Assembly: GCA_020850595.1 (NCBI GenBank) | Contig: JADZEK010000073.1 | Span: 12,076-76,075 of the forward strand | Reading direction: 5' to 3' | DNA: 64,000 nt | Origin: Anaerolineales bacterium | Lineage (GTDB): Bacteria; Chloroflexota; Anaerolineae; Anaerolineales; UBA6663 | Shown here: positions 25,959-34,789 of the stretch, one piece after another | Position numbering within the stretch: position 1 is the first letter of the stretch | How the letters are laid out: every line of letters starts with the position of its first letter | The notes under the pieces: generated by a model | What the model was told of the DNA's origin: nothing | Databases searched by the model: none | Seen by the model: the letters and a program-made list of their open reading frames with translations, nothing else | Translations under genes and position numbers: made by a program

Positions 25959-28034
25959 ATGAACGAGTACGGTACGGAGTTTATTCGCAACGTGGCACTG
26001 GTGGGACACAGTGGCGCAGGTAAGACCTCGCTGACCGAAGCGTTCTTGTACAACACCGGGGTCACATCCCGGCTAGGGCGTGTCGAAGACGGCACGGCCC
26101 TAGCCGACTTCGAAGACGAAGAGCACCGCCGCCACATCTCCATCTCCACCGCCGTCATCCCCATCGAATACCAGCAGCATAAGATCAACTTTCTCGACAC
26201 GCCCGGGTTCACCGACTTCGTGGGTGAGGTCAAATCGGCTCTGCACGTGGCTGATGCCGGCATCGTCGTTGTGGATGCCGTGGCCGGCGTCGAAGTCGGC
26301 ACCGAACTGGTCTGGCAATACCTGGACGAGCGCCGGCTGCCGCGCTTCGTCGTTATCAACAAAATGGATCGCGAGAACGCCAACTTCGAGCGCACGCTCG
26401 CCAGTGTCCAGCAATCTTTCAAATCCAAGCTGATCCCCGTGCAGTTGCCTTGGGGCGAACAGCAGAGCTTCAAGGGCGTCATCGGCGTGCTCTCGATGAT
26501 GGCCCGCCCCGGCAAAGGCGCCGAGCAAATCGCCATCCCGGCCGACTACGCCGCCGCCGCCGCCGCCGCCCGCGTGAACCTGGTGGAGGCCGCCGCCGAG
26601 GGCGAGGATGCGCTGTTGGAGAAGTACCTGGGCGGCGAAGAGCTTACTGCTGAGGAGGTCGTGCGCGGTTTTCACAAGGCGGTGCTGGCTGGTTCGTTCA
26701 TTCCCGTATTCGTGGCCTCCAGCCTGACCGATACCGGCATCAACCCTATCCTCGACGGCATCGTGCGCTACTTCCCGGCCCCGGCCGAGGAAGCGCCGGT
26801 GCGCGCCCACGGCAAAGACGGCGACGAGGCCGTGCCCATCTCCGACACCGCGCCGCTGGCTGCCTATGTCTGGAAGACCACAGCCGACCCATTCGTGGGC
26901 AAGCTCACCTATGTGCGCGTGCTCACCGGCGTGCTGGCCTCCGACGGGCGCGTCTGGAACCACAACAAGGGCGCCGAAGAGCGCACCGGCACAGTCCACG
27001 TCGCGCGTGGCAAGGAGCAAATCTCCGTCAAGCAACTCCACGCCGGCGATATTGGCACACTGACCAAGTTGAGCGTCACCGCCACCGGCGATACGCTGGG
27101 CGACCGCGCGCACCCGTTGCAGGTGGATCCGCCCACCTACCCGGCCGCGCTTTACACCGTGGCCGTCAGCCCGCGCACGCAAGCCGATTCGACCAAGATG
27201 GGCCCGGCGCTCACCCGCCTGACAGAAGAAGACCCCACCCTGCATTGGCGCCAGGAGCACTCCACCCGGCAAACCATCCTCGAAGGCATGGGCGACCAGC
27301 ACATAGACGTAGCCATCCGTCGGGCCGAAAGCAAATTCGGCGTGGGCCTGAACGTGGAGCAACCCAAGGTGCCTTACCGCGAGAGCATCACGCGCAAGGG
27401 CGAGGCCATGCACCGCCACAAGAAACAGACCGGCGGCGCGGGCCAGTTCGGTGAGGTGACGCTGCGCGTTGAGCCGAGCGGCGACGGCACGTATACCTTC
27501 TCCGACCAGTTAGTAGGCATGAACCTCTCGCGCAGCTACCTGCCGCCGATTGAGAAGGGCGTGAAGAGCGTGCTAGAGAACGGCGTGGTGGCGGGCTACC
27601 CGGTCGTGGGCGTGAACGTCATCGTCACCGATGGCAAGGAGCACCCGGTGGACTCCAAGCCCATCGCCTTCGAGGTGGCAGGCCGCGAGGCCTTCAAGAA
27701 GGCGTTTGAGGCCTCCAACCCGGTGCTGCTGGAGCCGGTGATGGCCCTGCGCGTGGTGGTGCCCGACGGCAACATGGGCGACGTGCTCGGCGACCTGAAC
27801 ACCCGCCGCGCCCGCGTGCAGGGCATGGACCAGGACAGCGGGCGCAGCATCATCACAGCCGAGGTGCCGCTGGCCGAAGTGCAGCGTTATGCCACTGAAT
27901 TGCGCTCCATCACCGGCGGGCGGGGCGTTTACGCGCTGGACTTCCTGCGCTACGACGTGGTGCCCAACCACCTGGCCCAAGGCATCATGGCCGCCCACAA
28001 GAAGGAACTGGCGGGCGAAGACGGCGACGAGTAG
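25959..28034 (+). CDS. Elongation factor G paralog (EF-G2-like translational GTPase)
   Basis: 691 aa. G1 AHSGAGKTS, DTPG, NKMD, and EF-G domains II to V. Confidence 0.9.
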   Translation: MNEYGTEFIRNVALVGHSGAGKTSLTEAFLYNTGVTSRLGRVEDGTALADFEDEEHRRHISISTAVIPIEYQQHKINFLDTPGFTDFVGEVKSALHVADAGIVVVDAVAGVEVGTELVWQYLDERRLPRFVVINKMDRENANFERTLASVQQSFKSKLIPVQLPWGEQQSFKGVIGVLSMMARPGKGAEQIAIPADYAAAAAAARVNLVEAAAEGEDALLEKYLGGEELTAEEVVRGFHKAVLAGSFIPVFVASSLTDTGINPILDGIVRYFPAPAEEAPVRAHGKDGDEAVPISDTAPLAAYVWKTTADPFVGKLTYVRVLTGVLASDGRVWNHNKGAEERTGTVHVARGKEQISVKQLHAGDIGTLTKLSVTATGDTLGDRAHPLQVDPPTYPAALYTVAVSPRTQADSTKMGPALTRLTEEDPTLHWRQEHSTRQTILEGMGDQHIDVAIRRAESKFGVGLNVEQPKVPYRESITRKGEAMHRHKKQTGGAGQFGEVTLRVEPSGDGTYTFSDQLVGMNLSRSYLPPIEKGVKSVLENGVVAGYPVVGVNVIVTDGKEHPVDSKPIAFEVAGREAFKKAFEASNPVLLEPVMALRVVVPDGNMGDVLGDLNTRRARVQGMDQDSGRSIITAEVPLAEVQRYATELRSITGGRGVYALDFLRYDVVPNHLAQGIMAAHKKELAGEDGDE

Positions 28035-28056
28035 CCGCCGGCCACGGCGCGTTCGA

Positions 28057-28100
28057 GAAAAAACACAGGCCCGGAGCAACCGCTCCGGGCCTGTTGTTTG
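28057..28100. terminator. Bidirectional rho-independent terminator
   Basis: A-tract, hairpin ACAGGCCCGGAG/CTCCGGGCCTGT, then T-rich TGTTTG. Sits between the convergent EF-G and dnaC-like genes. Coordinates approximate. Confidence 0.55.
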
Positions 28101-28117
28101 CACCCGCCGCGCAGACC

Positions 28118-29485
28118 TCAGCTCTTCCGCGCCGCCCGGCCCACGCGCTTGCCGCGGTATGGCCCAACCTTCAGCACGTGCACCTGACACAGATCAGAGT
28201 GGAAAATCCGGCTCTTGATGCGCGGGTCAAGCTCCTTGTCGGCGGCGGCCGTTGTCAGCACCGTCGGCAGTTGCGCATCAAAGCGATAGTTAAACACCTG
28301 AAAGAACTTCTCGCGGAAGTAGCCCGCCGTGCCTACCAGGCTGCTGATGTCGTCGAGCACCACGAAGTCGGTGGTCTTGACCTGCTGCGCCAGGCGCGCG
28401 TTACGGTCGTCCTGATCGCGCTGGCCGCTGGTGCGGAACAGGTCGCTCAAATCCTGATAGCTGATGAAGATGACCGGCTGGCCGCTCTTGGCGCGCTCGT
28501 TGGCGATGGCGGCGGCCAAATGCGTCTTGCCTGAGCCATAGTCGCCGGTGAGCACCATCCAACCCTCCGGCTGACCCGCATACTCCCGCGCCGCCTGGAT
28601 GGCCTTCTGGAACAACTGCCGCGCCTCGCCGGCCAGGTCGTTGCGCGGATCGAAGCTCTCAAACGTCTGGTGGCTGTGCACCGCCAGCGTCGAGACTTCG
28701 GAGGTCAGATTAATGTGCCCGGCGCGGAAGTCGGGCGCGCGCAGATACAGGTTGACGACGATCTCCGCATCCGACAGGCGGCTGGCGACGCGCGGCTCAA
28801 TGTCCTTCAGCTCGCGATTGGTGGTGATGACGGTTGGCAGCTTGGCGTTGTAGCGGTAATTGAGAATCTGATAAAGCTTCTCGACCGCCCAGGGCGTGGG
28901 GCTTTCGGTGCCCAGGTCGTCCAGGATCAAGATCGGGGCATTGCAGATCTCTGCGAAGCGGTCGGCGTAGCTGTCATCAGCCCCGGGCGCAAACCCGGCC
29001 CGCAGCCGGTCGAGCAGGTCGGGCACATTCAAGAACAGCACTGCTCGCCCGGCGGCCACACATTCATTAGCGATGGCCGCCGCCAGGTGCGTCTTGCCGC
29101 AGCCATAGGTCCCGCCCAGCAGCAGCCACTTCTCCGGGTTGGCGGCGAAGGCTTTGCTGTTCTCGTAGGCGCGCCGCACCGTGCCGCGCACCCCTGGGTC
29201 GGGGCTGACGCCCTCCGGCAGAAAATTCTCAAAAGTCTTAGCCGCCAGTTGCTCAATGTGGCTGTCGCGCCGCAACTGGTCGGCGTGTTCGGCGGCCATG
29301 TGCTCCAACTGGCACACGCACGGCGCCAGCTTGCCGAAGTTCATGTGACCCGGCGGCACGTCCTCGCGCAGGTAACCCAGCCCATGGCAGAACGGGCAAT
29401 CCGGGTCGCCCGCGCCGTCGGTGTAGCGCAGCGGGGCGGGCAGCAGGGGTCCGGGGTCAATGCCTTCCGGCACCTCAAGCGGCAT
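28118..29485 (-). CDS. Tandem-duplicated DnaC/DnaI-like AAA+ helicase-loader protein with N-terminal Cys4 zinc module
   Basis: Two complete AAA+ units, each with Walker A G(T/D)YGxGKTHLAAAIAN and Walker B (ILILDDLG; FVVLDDIS). Upstream region CPFCHGLGY...CVC. Start taken at MPLEV (29485), overlapping the DnaD-like stop by 11 nt. Confidence 0.75.
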   Translation of the reverse strand: MPLEVPEGIDPGPLLPAPLRYTDGAGDPDCPFCHGLGYLREDVPPGHMNFGKLAPCVCQLEHMAAEHADQLRRDSHIEQLAAKTFENFLPEGVSPDPGVRGTVRRAYENSKAFAANPEKWLLLGGTYGCGKTHLAAAIANECVAAGRAVLFLNVPDLLDRLRAGFAPGADDSYADRFAEICNAPILILDDLGTESPTPWAVEKLYQILNYRYNAKLPTVITTNRELKDIEPRVASRLSDAEIVVNLYLRAPDFRAGHINLTSEVSTLAVHSHQTFESFDPRNDLAGEARQLFQKAIQAAREYAGQPEGWMVLTGDYGSGKTHLAAAIANERAKSGQPVIFISYQDLSDLFRTSGQRDQDDRNARLAQQVKTTDFVVLDDISSLVGTAGYFREKFFQVFNYRFDAQLPTVLTTAAADKELDPRIKSRIFHSDLCQVHVLKVGPYRGKRVGRAARKS

Positions 29486-30251
29486 CCGGGCCGCCCTCCC
29501 CGCCGTCGGTTTCGGCGTCCGCGCTGTCTCCGCCCGCTGCGCCGTCGTCCGGCTGGTAGCGGAGATAGCCGTCGTAGCGGCTGAGATCCGGTTCCGCGTC
29601 AGCGCCCGTCGGTTGCTCATAGTGTCCTTCCGCGCGCATCCGTTCCAGCACCGCCAGCACGTACTTCAGCCGGCGCACGTTATTCTTCACCGCCACGCGG
29701 ATAGCCTCTTCGATCCAGGCCGCCGGGTAGCTGTCGGCCATGTCGCGCAGTTCTTCGCTGATCATGGGCGTCAGCGGGCCGATGTTCTGCTCATAGAGGG
29801 TGTAGGCGTTGGCGCGCACATGGTTGAGCGTGACTACGTCGCCGTCCATCCCCTCCGGCCGCCACTCCCCGCGCGTGAGCTTGTCGAGCGCCTCCCGCCC
29901 GCGCGCGCTGTTCATGAAGTACAAGTCGCGCTCGCCCTGGGCATCCTCGATCACCACCCGCAGCAGCGTGCCGCGGGCCTCGGCGCGTTCCAGCGCGTCG
30001 TCCAACGCCTCAGCCGCCTGCCGGGGCGAGGCCGCCAACCCCTGCATCAATCGTTCGTCGTCGGCGAAGTCGCCGCGCTGCACAAAGCGATATTGCCCGG
30101 TCTTAAGGCTCAGCCGCCAGAAGGCGTAGAGTGTCACCTTCAATTCGCCGGCGTGGTCCACCAGCGGCAGCAATTCGCTGAAGAACGTCTCCGGCAGCGG
30201 CACACTGCGCACCTTGCCGTCGGGGAAGCCCGCGAAGCCCTTCATGGTCAT
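29475..30251 (-). CDS. DnaD-domain (DDBH2) replication initiation/primosome protein homolog
   Basis: 258 aa. IGPLTPMISEELRDMAD...AWIEEAIRVAVKNNVRRLKYVLAVLERM aligns to the DnaD C-terminal domain block (GRPLSP...ELIKAALKEAV...YIDRILLEW). Acidic C-terminal tail. Confidence 0.65.
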   Translation of the reverse strand: MTMKGFAGFPDGKVRSVPLPETFFSELLPLVDHAGELKVTLYAFWRLSLKTGQYRFVQRGDFADDERLMQGLAASPRQAAEALDDALERAEARGTLLRVVIEDAQGERDLYFMNSARGREALDKLTRGEWRPEGMDGDVVTLNHVRANAYTLYEQNIGPLTPMISEELRDMADSYPAAWIEEAIRVAVKNNVRRLKYVLAVLERMRAEGHYEQPTGADAEPDLSRYDGYLRYQPDDGAAGGDSADAETDGGEGGPDAA

Positions 30252-30370
30252 CGCCCTAGTCTACCAGGGAGGCGCGTGCGCGGCTAGCCCCGGCGAGACC
30301 GGAAAAGGCGGCGGGCCGGTCAGATCGCTGATCGGCCCGCCGGGCGGCTGCTGGAGTGGCGCCTCCGCGC

Positions 30371-31732
30371 CTACACCTGGCGCAAGTCCACGTGGCGCGT
30401 TTCGGCGTTCTCGAACTTGGTCAGCGCCCCGCGGAACACCAGTTGCACGTCGGCTGTCGGGCCGTTACGGTGCTTGGCGACGATGATCGTGGCGATGTTG
30501 TTCTTGCTGCCTTCTTTTTCGTACATGTCTGGCCGGTCAATGAACATCACGATGTCTGAGTCCTGCTCGAGCGAGCCAGACTCGCGCAGGTCCGACAACA
30601 CCGGCCGCTTGTCGGCGCGCTGCTCAATGGCGCGGGAGAGCTGCGCGCCCGCCAGCACCGGCACGTTCAACTCGCGCGCCAGTTGCTTAAGCCCGCGCGA
30701 GATGGCCGAAACCTCCTGCACGCGGTTCTCGGTGCGTATCTCGCCCTGCATCAGCTGCAAGTAATCCACGATCACCAGGTCCAGCCCATATTCCTGGTCG
30801 AGCCGGCGGCACTTAGCGCGCAGCTGGTTGGGCGTCAGCGCGGGCGTATCGTCCAGGAAGATCTGCGCGTCGCTGAGCACGTTGGCCGCCTGCACAAACA
30901 GCGGCCACTCATGGTCGTGGATGTCGCCCAGGCGCAGCCGCTGCGAGTCAATGCCCGTCTCCTGCGAGATCAGGCGCTGCACCAGTTGGTCGTTGCCCAT
31001 TTCCAGCGAGAACACGGCCACGTGCTTCTTGTACGTCAGCGCCGCGTTCTTGGCGATGTTGAGCATCAGCCCGGTTTTTCCGCTGCCCGGCCGGCCGGCC
31101 ACGATCAACAGGTCCGACTGCTGCAACCCGCCCAGCAGCTTATCCAGATCTACAAAGCCGGTGGGCACGCCCAACAACTCGTCGCGGTGCTCGAACAGAT
31201 ACTTGATGCGGTCGTAATACTGGCTGATGGCCTCCTTGATCGGGGCCACGTCCTTCGTCAGCCGCCGCTCGCTGACGGCAAAGATGGCCGCCTCGGCGTC
31301 GTTGACCACCTCGCTGATCTCGCGGCCTTCCTCATACGCCAGCTTGGCCACCGCCGTGGCCGCCTCAATCAGCCGGCGGCGCATGGCCTCGCGTTCCACC
31401 AGCCGCCCATAGGCCTCGGCGTGCAGCGAGGTCGGCACCGTGTTGATCAGACGCGTGAGATAGGCTGCCCCGCCCACCTCGGCCAGTTGCGTATGGCGCT
31501 CGAGTTCTTCCGAGAGGGTGATGATGTCAATCGGCAGCCGCTGCTCGTGCAGGCTGACGAAGGCGTTCCAGATCCAGCGGTGCTTGTGGAGGTAAAAGTC
31601 GTCCGGCTTGAGGAAGGCGCTGACCTCGAAGTAGGCGTCGGGGTTGATCAAGACGCAGCCTAGCACAGCCTCTTCGGCTTCGATGGCATGCGGCGCCGAT
31701 CGGTTCGGGCCGTAATCGGCGGTATCGCTCAT
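30371..31732 (-). CDS. dnaB: Replicative DNA helicase DnaB
   Basis: 453 aa. N-terminal domain AIEAEEAVLGCVLINP, Walker A GRPGSGKT, RecA-like C-terminal domain. Confidence 0.95.
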   Translation of the reverse strand: MSDTADYGPNRSAPHAIEAEEAVLGCVLINPDAYFEVSAFLKPDDFYLHKHRWIWNAFVSLHEQRLPIDIITLSEELERHTQLAEVGGAAYLTRLINTVPTSLHAEAYGRLVEREAMRRRLIEAATAVAKLAYEEGREISEVVNDAEAAIFAVSERRLTKDVAPIKEAISQYYDRIKYLFEHRDELLGVPTGFVDLDKLLGGLQQSDLLIVAGRPGSGKTGLMLNIAKNAALTYKKHVAVFSLEMGNDQLVQRLISQETGIDSQRLRLGDIHDHEWPLFVQAANVLSDAQIFLDDTPALTPNQLRAKCRRLDQEYGLDLVIVDYLQLMQGEIRTENRVQEVSAISRGLKQLARELNVPVLAGAQLSRAIEQRADKRPVLSDLRESGSLEQDSDIVMFIDRPDMYEKEGSKNNIATIIVAKHRNGPTADVQLVFRGALTKFENAETRHVDLRQV

Positions 31733-31788
31733 GGGGTCAGCGGGCAGGCAGGCAGCGCGCCGACGCCGGCGTCGGCGCGCTGCCGCGC

Positions 31789-32322
31789 TTACTTCTCGTC
31801 GTCGCCTTCGTCGGTGTCCAGGTCTTCCAGGTCGAGCGATTCGACAAAGTCTTTGAAGGCGTCCAGGCGCGTCTCTTCGCCCGGCCCGGCGGCGTTGGCG
31901 TCGGCTTCCATCTCTTCTTCGGGCAGCACAGCCGCCTTGTCCATGACCGCCTCTTCGATATAGACCGAGACGTGCAGCCGCACCGCCAGCGCCAACGCGT
32001 CCGACGGCCGCGAGTCAATCTCCAGCCGCTTGCCGCCCAGGTTCATCACGATCCGGGCGTAGAACACGTCGTTGCGCAGATCAGAGATGATGATGTATTC
32101 GACCTCGCCCCCCATTTCGCCAATCACATTCTTCAGCAGATCGTGCGTCAACGGCCGCGCCACTTCCATCTCTTGCAGAGTCACCGTGATGGCGTCGGCT
32201 TCGCACGGGCCGATCCAAATCGGCAGGTAGCGGTCGCTGTCAACGTCTTTGAGAATAACCACGCGATGCTGAGACATCAAGCTCACGCGGATGCTGTCAA
32301 TGGTCACTTCCACCATGTCCAT
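31789..32322 (-). CDS. Bifunctional nuclease (BFN/DUF151) family protein
   Basis: Start taken at MDMVEV. The core ...[24 protein letters not shown]...[13 protein letters not shown] is characteristic. Acidic C-terminal tail. Confidence 0.7.
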   Translation of the reverse strand: MDMVEVTIDSIRVSLMSQHRVVILKDVDSDRYLPIWIGPCEADAITVTLQEMEVARPLTHDLLKNVIGEMGGEVEYIIISDLRNDVFYARIVMNLGGKRLEIDSRPSDALALAVRLHVSVYIEEAVMDKAAVLPEEEMEADANAAGPGEETRLDAFKDFVESLDLEDLDTDEGDDEK

Positions 32323-32523
32323 CCTCCCAGTCGAACGGTCTGGAAATTCTAGCACAAGCAGTAGGGGTAAGCAATGCACTCCATCGCACACCGGCTAAAA
32401 ACCGCCAATTTGAGCGCTGCGTCTCCCCGCCGCTTGCCCGCCTGTTCCCGGACGCGCGCAGCCGCTGCGGCGGAGCGCTCAACTCCACATGCTATAATGC
32501 CGCCGAACTGAGCGCTGGGACCA

Positions 32524-33708
32524 ATGCTATCGGCTTCGACTGAGACCTATGTCCGCTGGATCGCAGGGCTGCTTCTGCTCGGGTTCGGTTTGGCAGCCGT
32601 TGGAGGCCTGTTCACGCTGGCCGGCGCGCGCCGGGCGCGCTATTTTCAAGTGCGCCGCGAGGCCGTTTTGCGTGGCTGGCAGCTGGTCCTGGCCAGCGTC
32701 ATCTTCTTGGCGGCCTCCGGCTTCGCCTATGGGCTGGGCACACCCCTCCTGCGGCTGGCCGTGCCGCCGACTAGCACCGTCACGACCACCTTCACCCCCA
32801 GCGCCACGGCCACGCTCGCGGCCAGCCTGACGCCGACCCTGACCCCCAGCCTCACCTACACACCCGGCCCGCCGCCCACCGCCACCGCCAAGGCCACGGC
32901 CACCGCCTCACCCGCGCCCAGCCTGCCGCAGGAGTTTATTACTCCCATCATCAGCGCCACGGTCACCGCCCCGGCCGAAGCCATTGCCGCCAACCTGCGC
33001 TTTGCCACGAGCGACAACTGCGCCATCGCCGCCGGCCTGTCGTTCTTCGACCAACTCCCCAAGACGATCTACGCGCACTTCTTCTACGACGCCTGGCTGC
33101 CGGGCGTGCAGTGGTCGGGCGTGTGGCTGCGCGATGGCGTGGTCATCTTCGCGGAAACCCACCTGTGGGACGGCTCGACCGGCGGCTGCGGCTTCAGCGA
33201 CTTCGACAACGGCAAGAACTGGTGGGAGATCGGCCGCTACGAAGTGCAGATCTTTGTCGGCGAGCGCTGGCTGGTGTCGAGCCAGTTCGAGGTCGTGCAA
33301 TCGTCTCCCACGCCGACCATCACGCCCACCCGCACGCCGCGCCCACCCACCCAGACGCCCACCGTGCGACCGAGCCGCACACCCGTGCCGCCTACCGGCT
33401 CGCCGACCGTCACGCCCACCCGTACGGTCACGCCGCCCCCTACGCGCACCCCGCCGCCGACCAGCACCATCTATCCGCCGGGCGTGTGGGTGCGCGCCAT
33501 CATCGCGGCACAGGGCAGCATCACAGCGGTGCGTCTGCGCGATGCCGCGCCCGATGGGCGGGTGATCGGGGTAATCCCCGTGGGCACCTTGGTAGATGTC
33601 CTCATCCCCAGCACAACCATTGACGGCGTGGTGTGGCGCACGATTCGCACGCCGCAGGGCGTGGAAGGCTGGATCACGGAGGGCGTGCTCAAGTACGTCC
33701 AGCCGTAG
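32524..33708 (+). CDS. Membrane-anchored secreted protein with two Pro/Thr linkers and C-terminal SH3b-like domain
   Basis: 394 aa. Two N-terminal TM helices, PT-rich spacers, a central Trp-rich domain, and a C-terminal VWVRA...GVVWRTIRTPQGVEGWI SH3-like segment. Confidence 0.5.
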   Translation: MLSASTETYVRWIAGLLLLGFGLAAVGGLFTLAGARRARYFQVRREAVLRGWQLVLASVIFLAASGFAYGLGTPLLRLAVPPTSTVTTTFTPSATATLAASLTPTLTPSLTYTPGPPPTATAKATATASPAPSLPQEFITPIISATVTAPAEAIAANLRFATSDNCAIAAGLSFFDQLPKTIYAHFFYDAWLPGVQWSGVWLRDGVVIFAETHLWDGSTGGCGFSDFDNGKNWWEIGRYEVQIFVGERWLVSSQFEVVQSSPTPTITPTRTPRPPTQTPTVRPSRTPVPPTGSPTVTPTRTVTPPPTRTPPPTSTIYPPGVWVRAIIAAQGSITAVRLRDAAPDGRVIGVIPVGTLVDVLIPSTTIDGVVWRTIRTPQGVEGWITEGVLKYVQP

Positions 33709-33800
33709 CCGGTCGCCTGCCGCGGCTAAGGGCGCGGCCTCCCCCGCGCCTCCGGCGGCCCTGGCCGTTCCCCCACAGTCCGCGTCTCCCCACCCAAAAA

Positions 33801-33824
33801 GGCCGGTCAGGGAATGACCGGCCT
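33801..33824. terminator. Bidirectional hairpin terminator (psuG side has a T-tract)
   Basis: AAAAA GGCCGGTCA gggaa TGACCGGCC. Approximate coordinates. Confidence 0.5.
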
Positions 33825-33838
33825 CTCCAGAAAACAGC

Positions 33839-34768
33839 CTACGTCTTCAGGTGCAACTTGCCCAGCTCGCCTGCCACCTCGGCCGCCACGCGCGCGTTGT
33901 TCTTCAGCAGCGCCAGGTTCGCGGCCAGGCTGTGCCCCTCGGTCAGGGCCGCCATGCGCGCCAGCAGGTAGGGCGTCACCGCGCTGCCGCGCACCCCGGC
34001 GGCGGCGGCCTCGCGTAGCGCCTGCTCAATGGCTGTGTTCATCTCGGCCGCCGGGCGCGCGTCGGCCTCCGGCACCGGCACACACAGCAGCGCGCCGCTG
34101 TTCAAGTCCAGGTCCCACATCGCCTTCACCAGCAGCGCCGCCTCGGCGGCCGTGTCGGCCCGCGCCGCCAGCCGCAGCCCGCTCGTGCGCGAGTAGAAGG
34201 CCGGGAACTCATCCGTGCCATAGCCGATGACCGGCACGCCGTGCGTCTCCAGCCACTCCAGCGTCGCGGGCAGGTCAAGGATAGCTTTGGCGCCCGCGCA
34301 GACCACGACCACCGGCGTGCGCGCCAGCTCGGGTAGATCGGCGGATATGTCCAGGCGGGCTTCACCCAGCCCGCGATGCACCCCGCCGATGCCGCCCGTA
34401 GCGAACACGCGAATGCCCGCCCACTGCGCCGCGATCATCGTCCCGGCTACGGTGGTGCCGCCGTCGCGTTTCTGGGCCACCGCCACGCCATAGTCGCGCC
34501 GGCTGACCTTGATAACGCCCGGCGCCTGGGCCAGGTGCGCCAGTTCAGCGTCGCTCAGGCCGACCTTCACTTCGCCTTGCAGCACGGCAATCGTCGCCGG
34601 GCAGGCGCCGCCCGCGCGCACGGTCGCTTCTAGTTGGCGGGCCAGCTCCAGGTTCTGGGGCCAGGGCAAGCCGTGCGTAATCACGGTGGATTCCAGCGCC
34701 ACCAACGGACGGCGGGCGCTCAGCGCGTCGCGCACTTCGGCGCTCAGGGTCGGCAGGGGATAGGGCAT
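33839..34768 (-). CDS. psuG: Pseudouridine-5'-phosphate glycosidase
   Basis: 309 aa. VALESTVITHGLP N-terminal block, IndA/PsuG family. Confidence 0.85.
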   Translation of the reverse strand: MPYPLPTLSAEVRDALSARRPLVALESTVITHGLPWPQNLELARQLEATVRAGGACPATIAVLQGEVKVGLSDAELAHLAQAPGVIKVSRRDYGVAVAQKRDGGTTVAGTMIAAQWAGIRVFATGGIGGVHRGLGEARLDISADLPELARTPVVVVCAGAKAILDLPATLEWLETHGVPVIGYGTDEFPAFYSRTSGLRLAARADTAAEAALLVKAMWDLDLNSGALLCVPVPEADARPAAEMNTAIEQALREAAAAGVRGSAVTPYLLARMAALTEGHSLAANLALLKNNARVAAEVAGELGKLHLKT

Positions 34769-34789
34769 CGGGTTCCGTTCTTGGGTTGG

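Noticed and set aside
28118-29620. Longest-ORF start (MSNRRALTRNRISAATTA...) for the tandem DnaC-like gene
   Set aside because: It would overlap the DnaD-like gene by about 145 nt and encodes a low-complexity Ser/Thr/Ala/Arg stretch. The internal Met at 29485, with an 11-nt overlap typical of coupling, is preferred.
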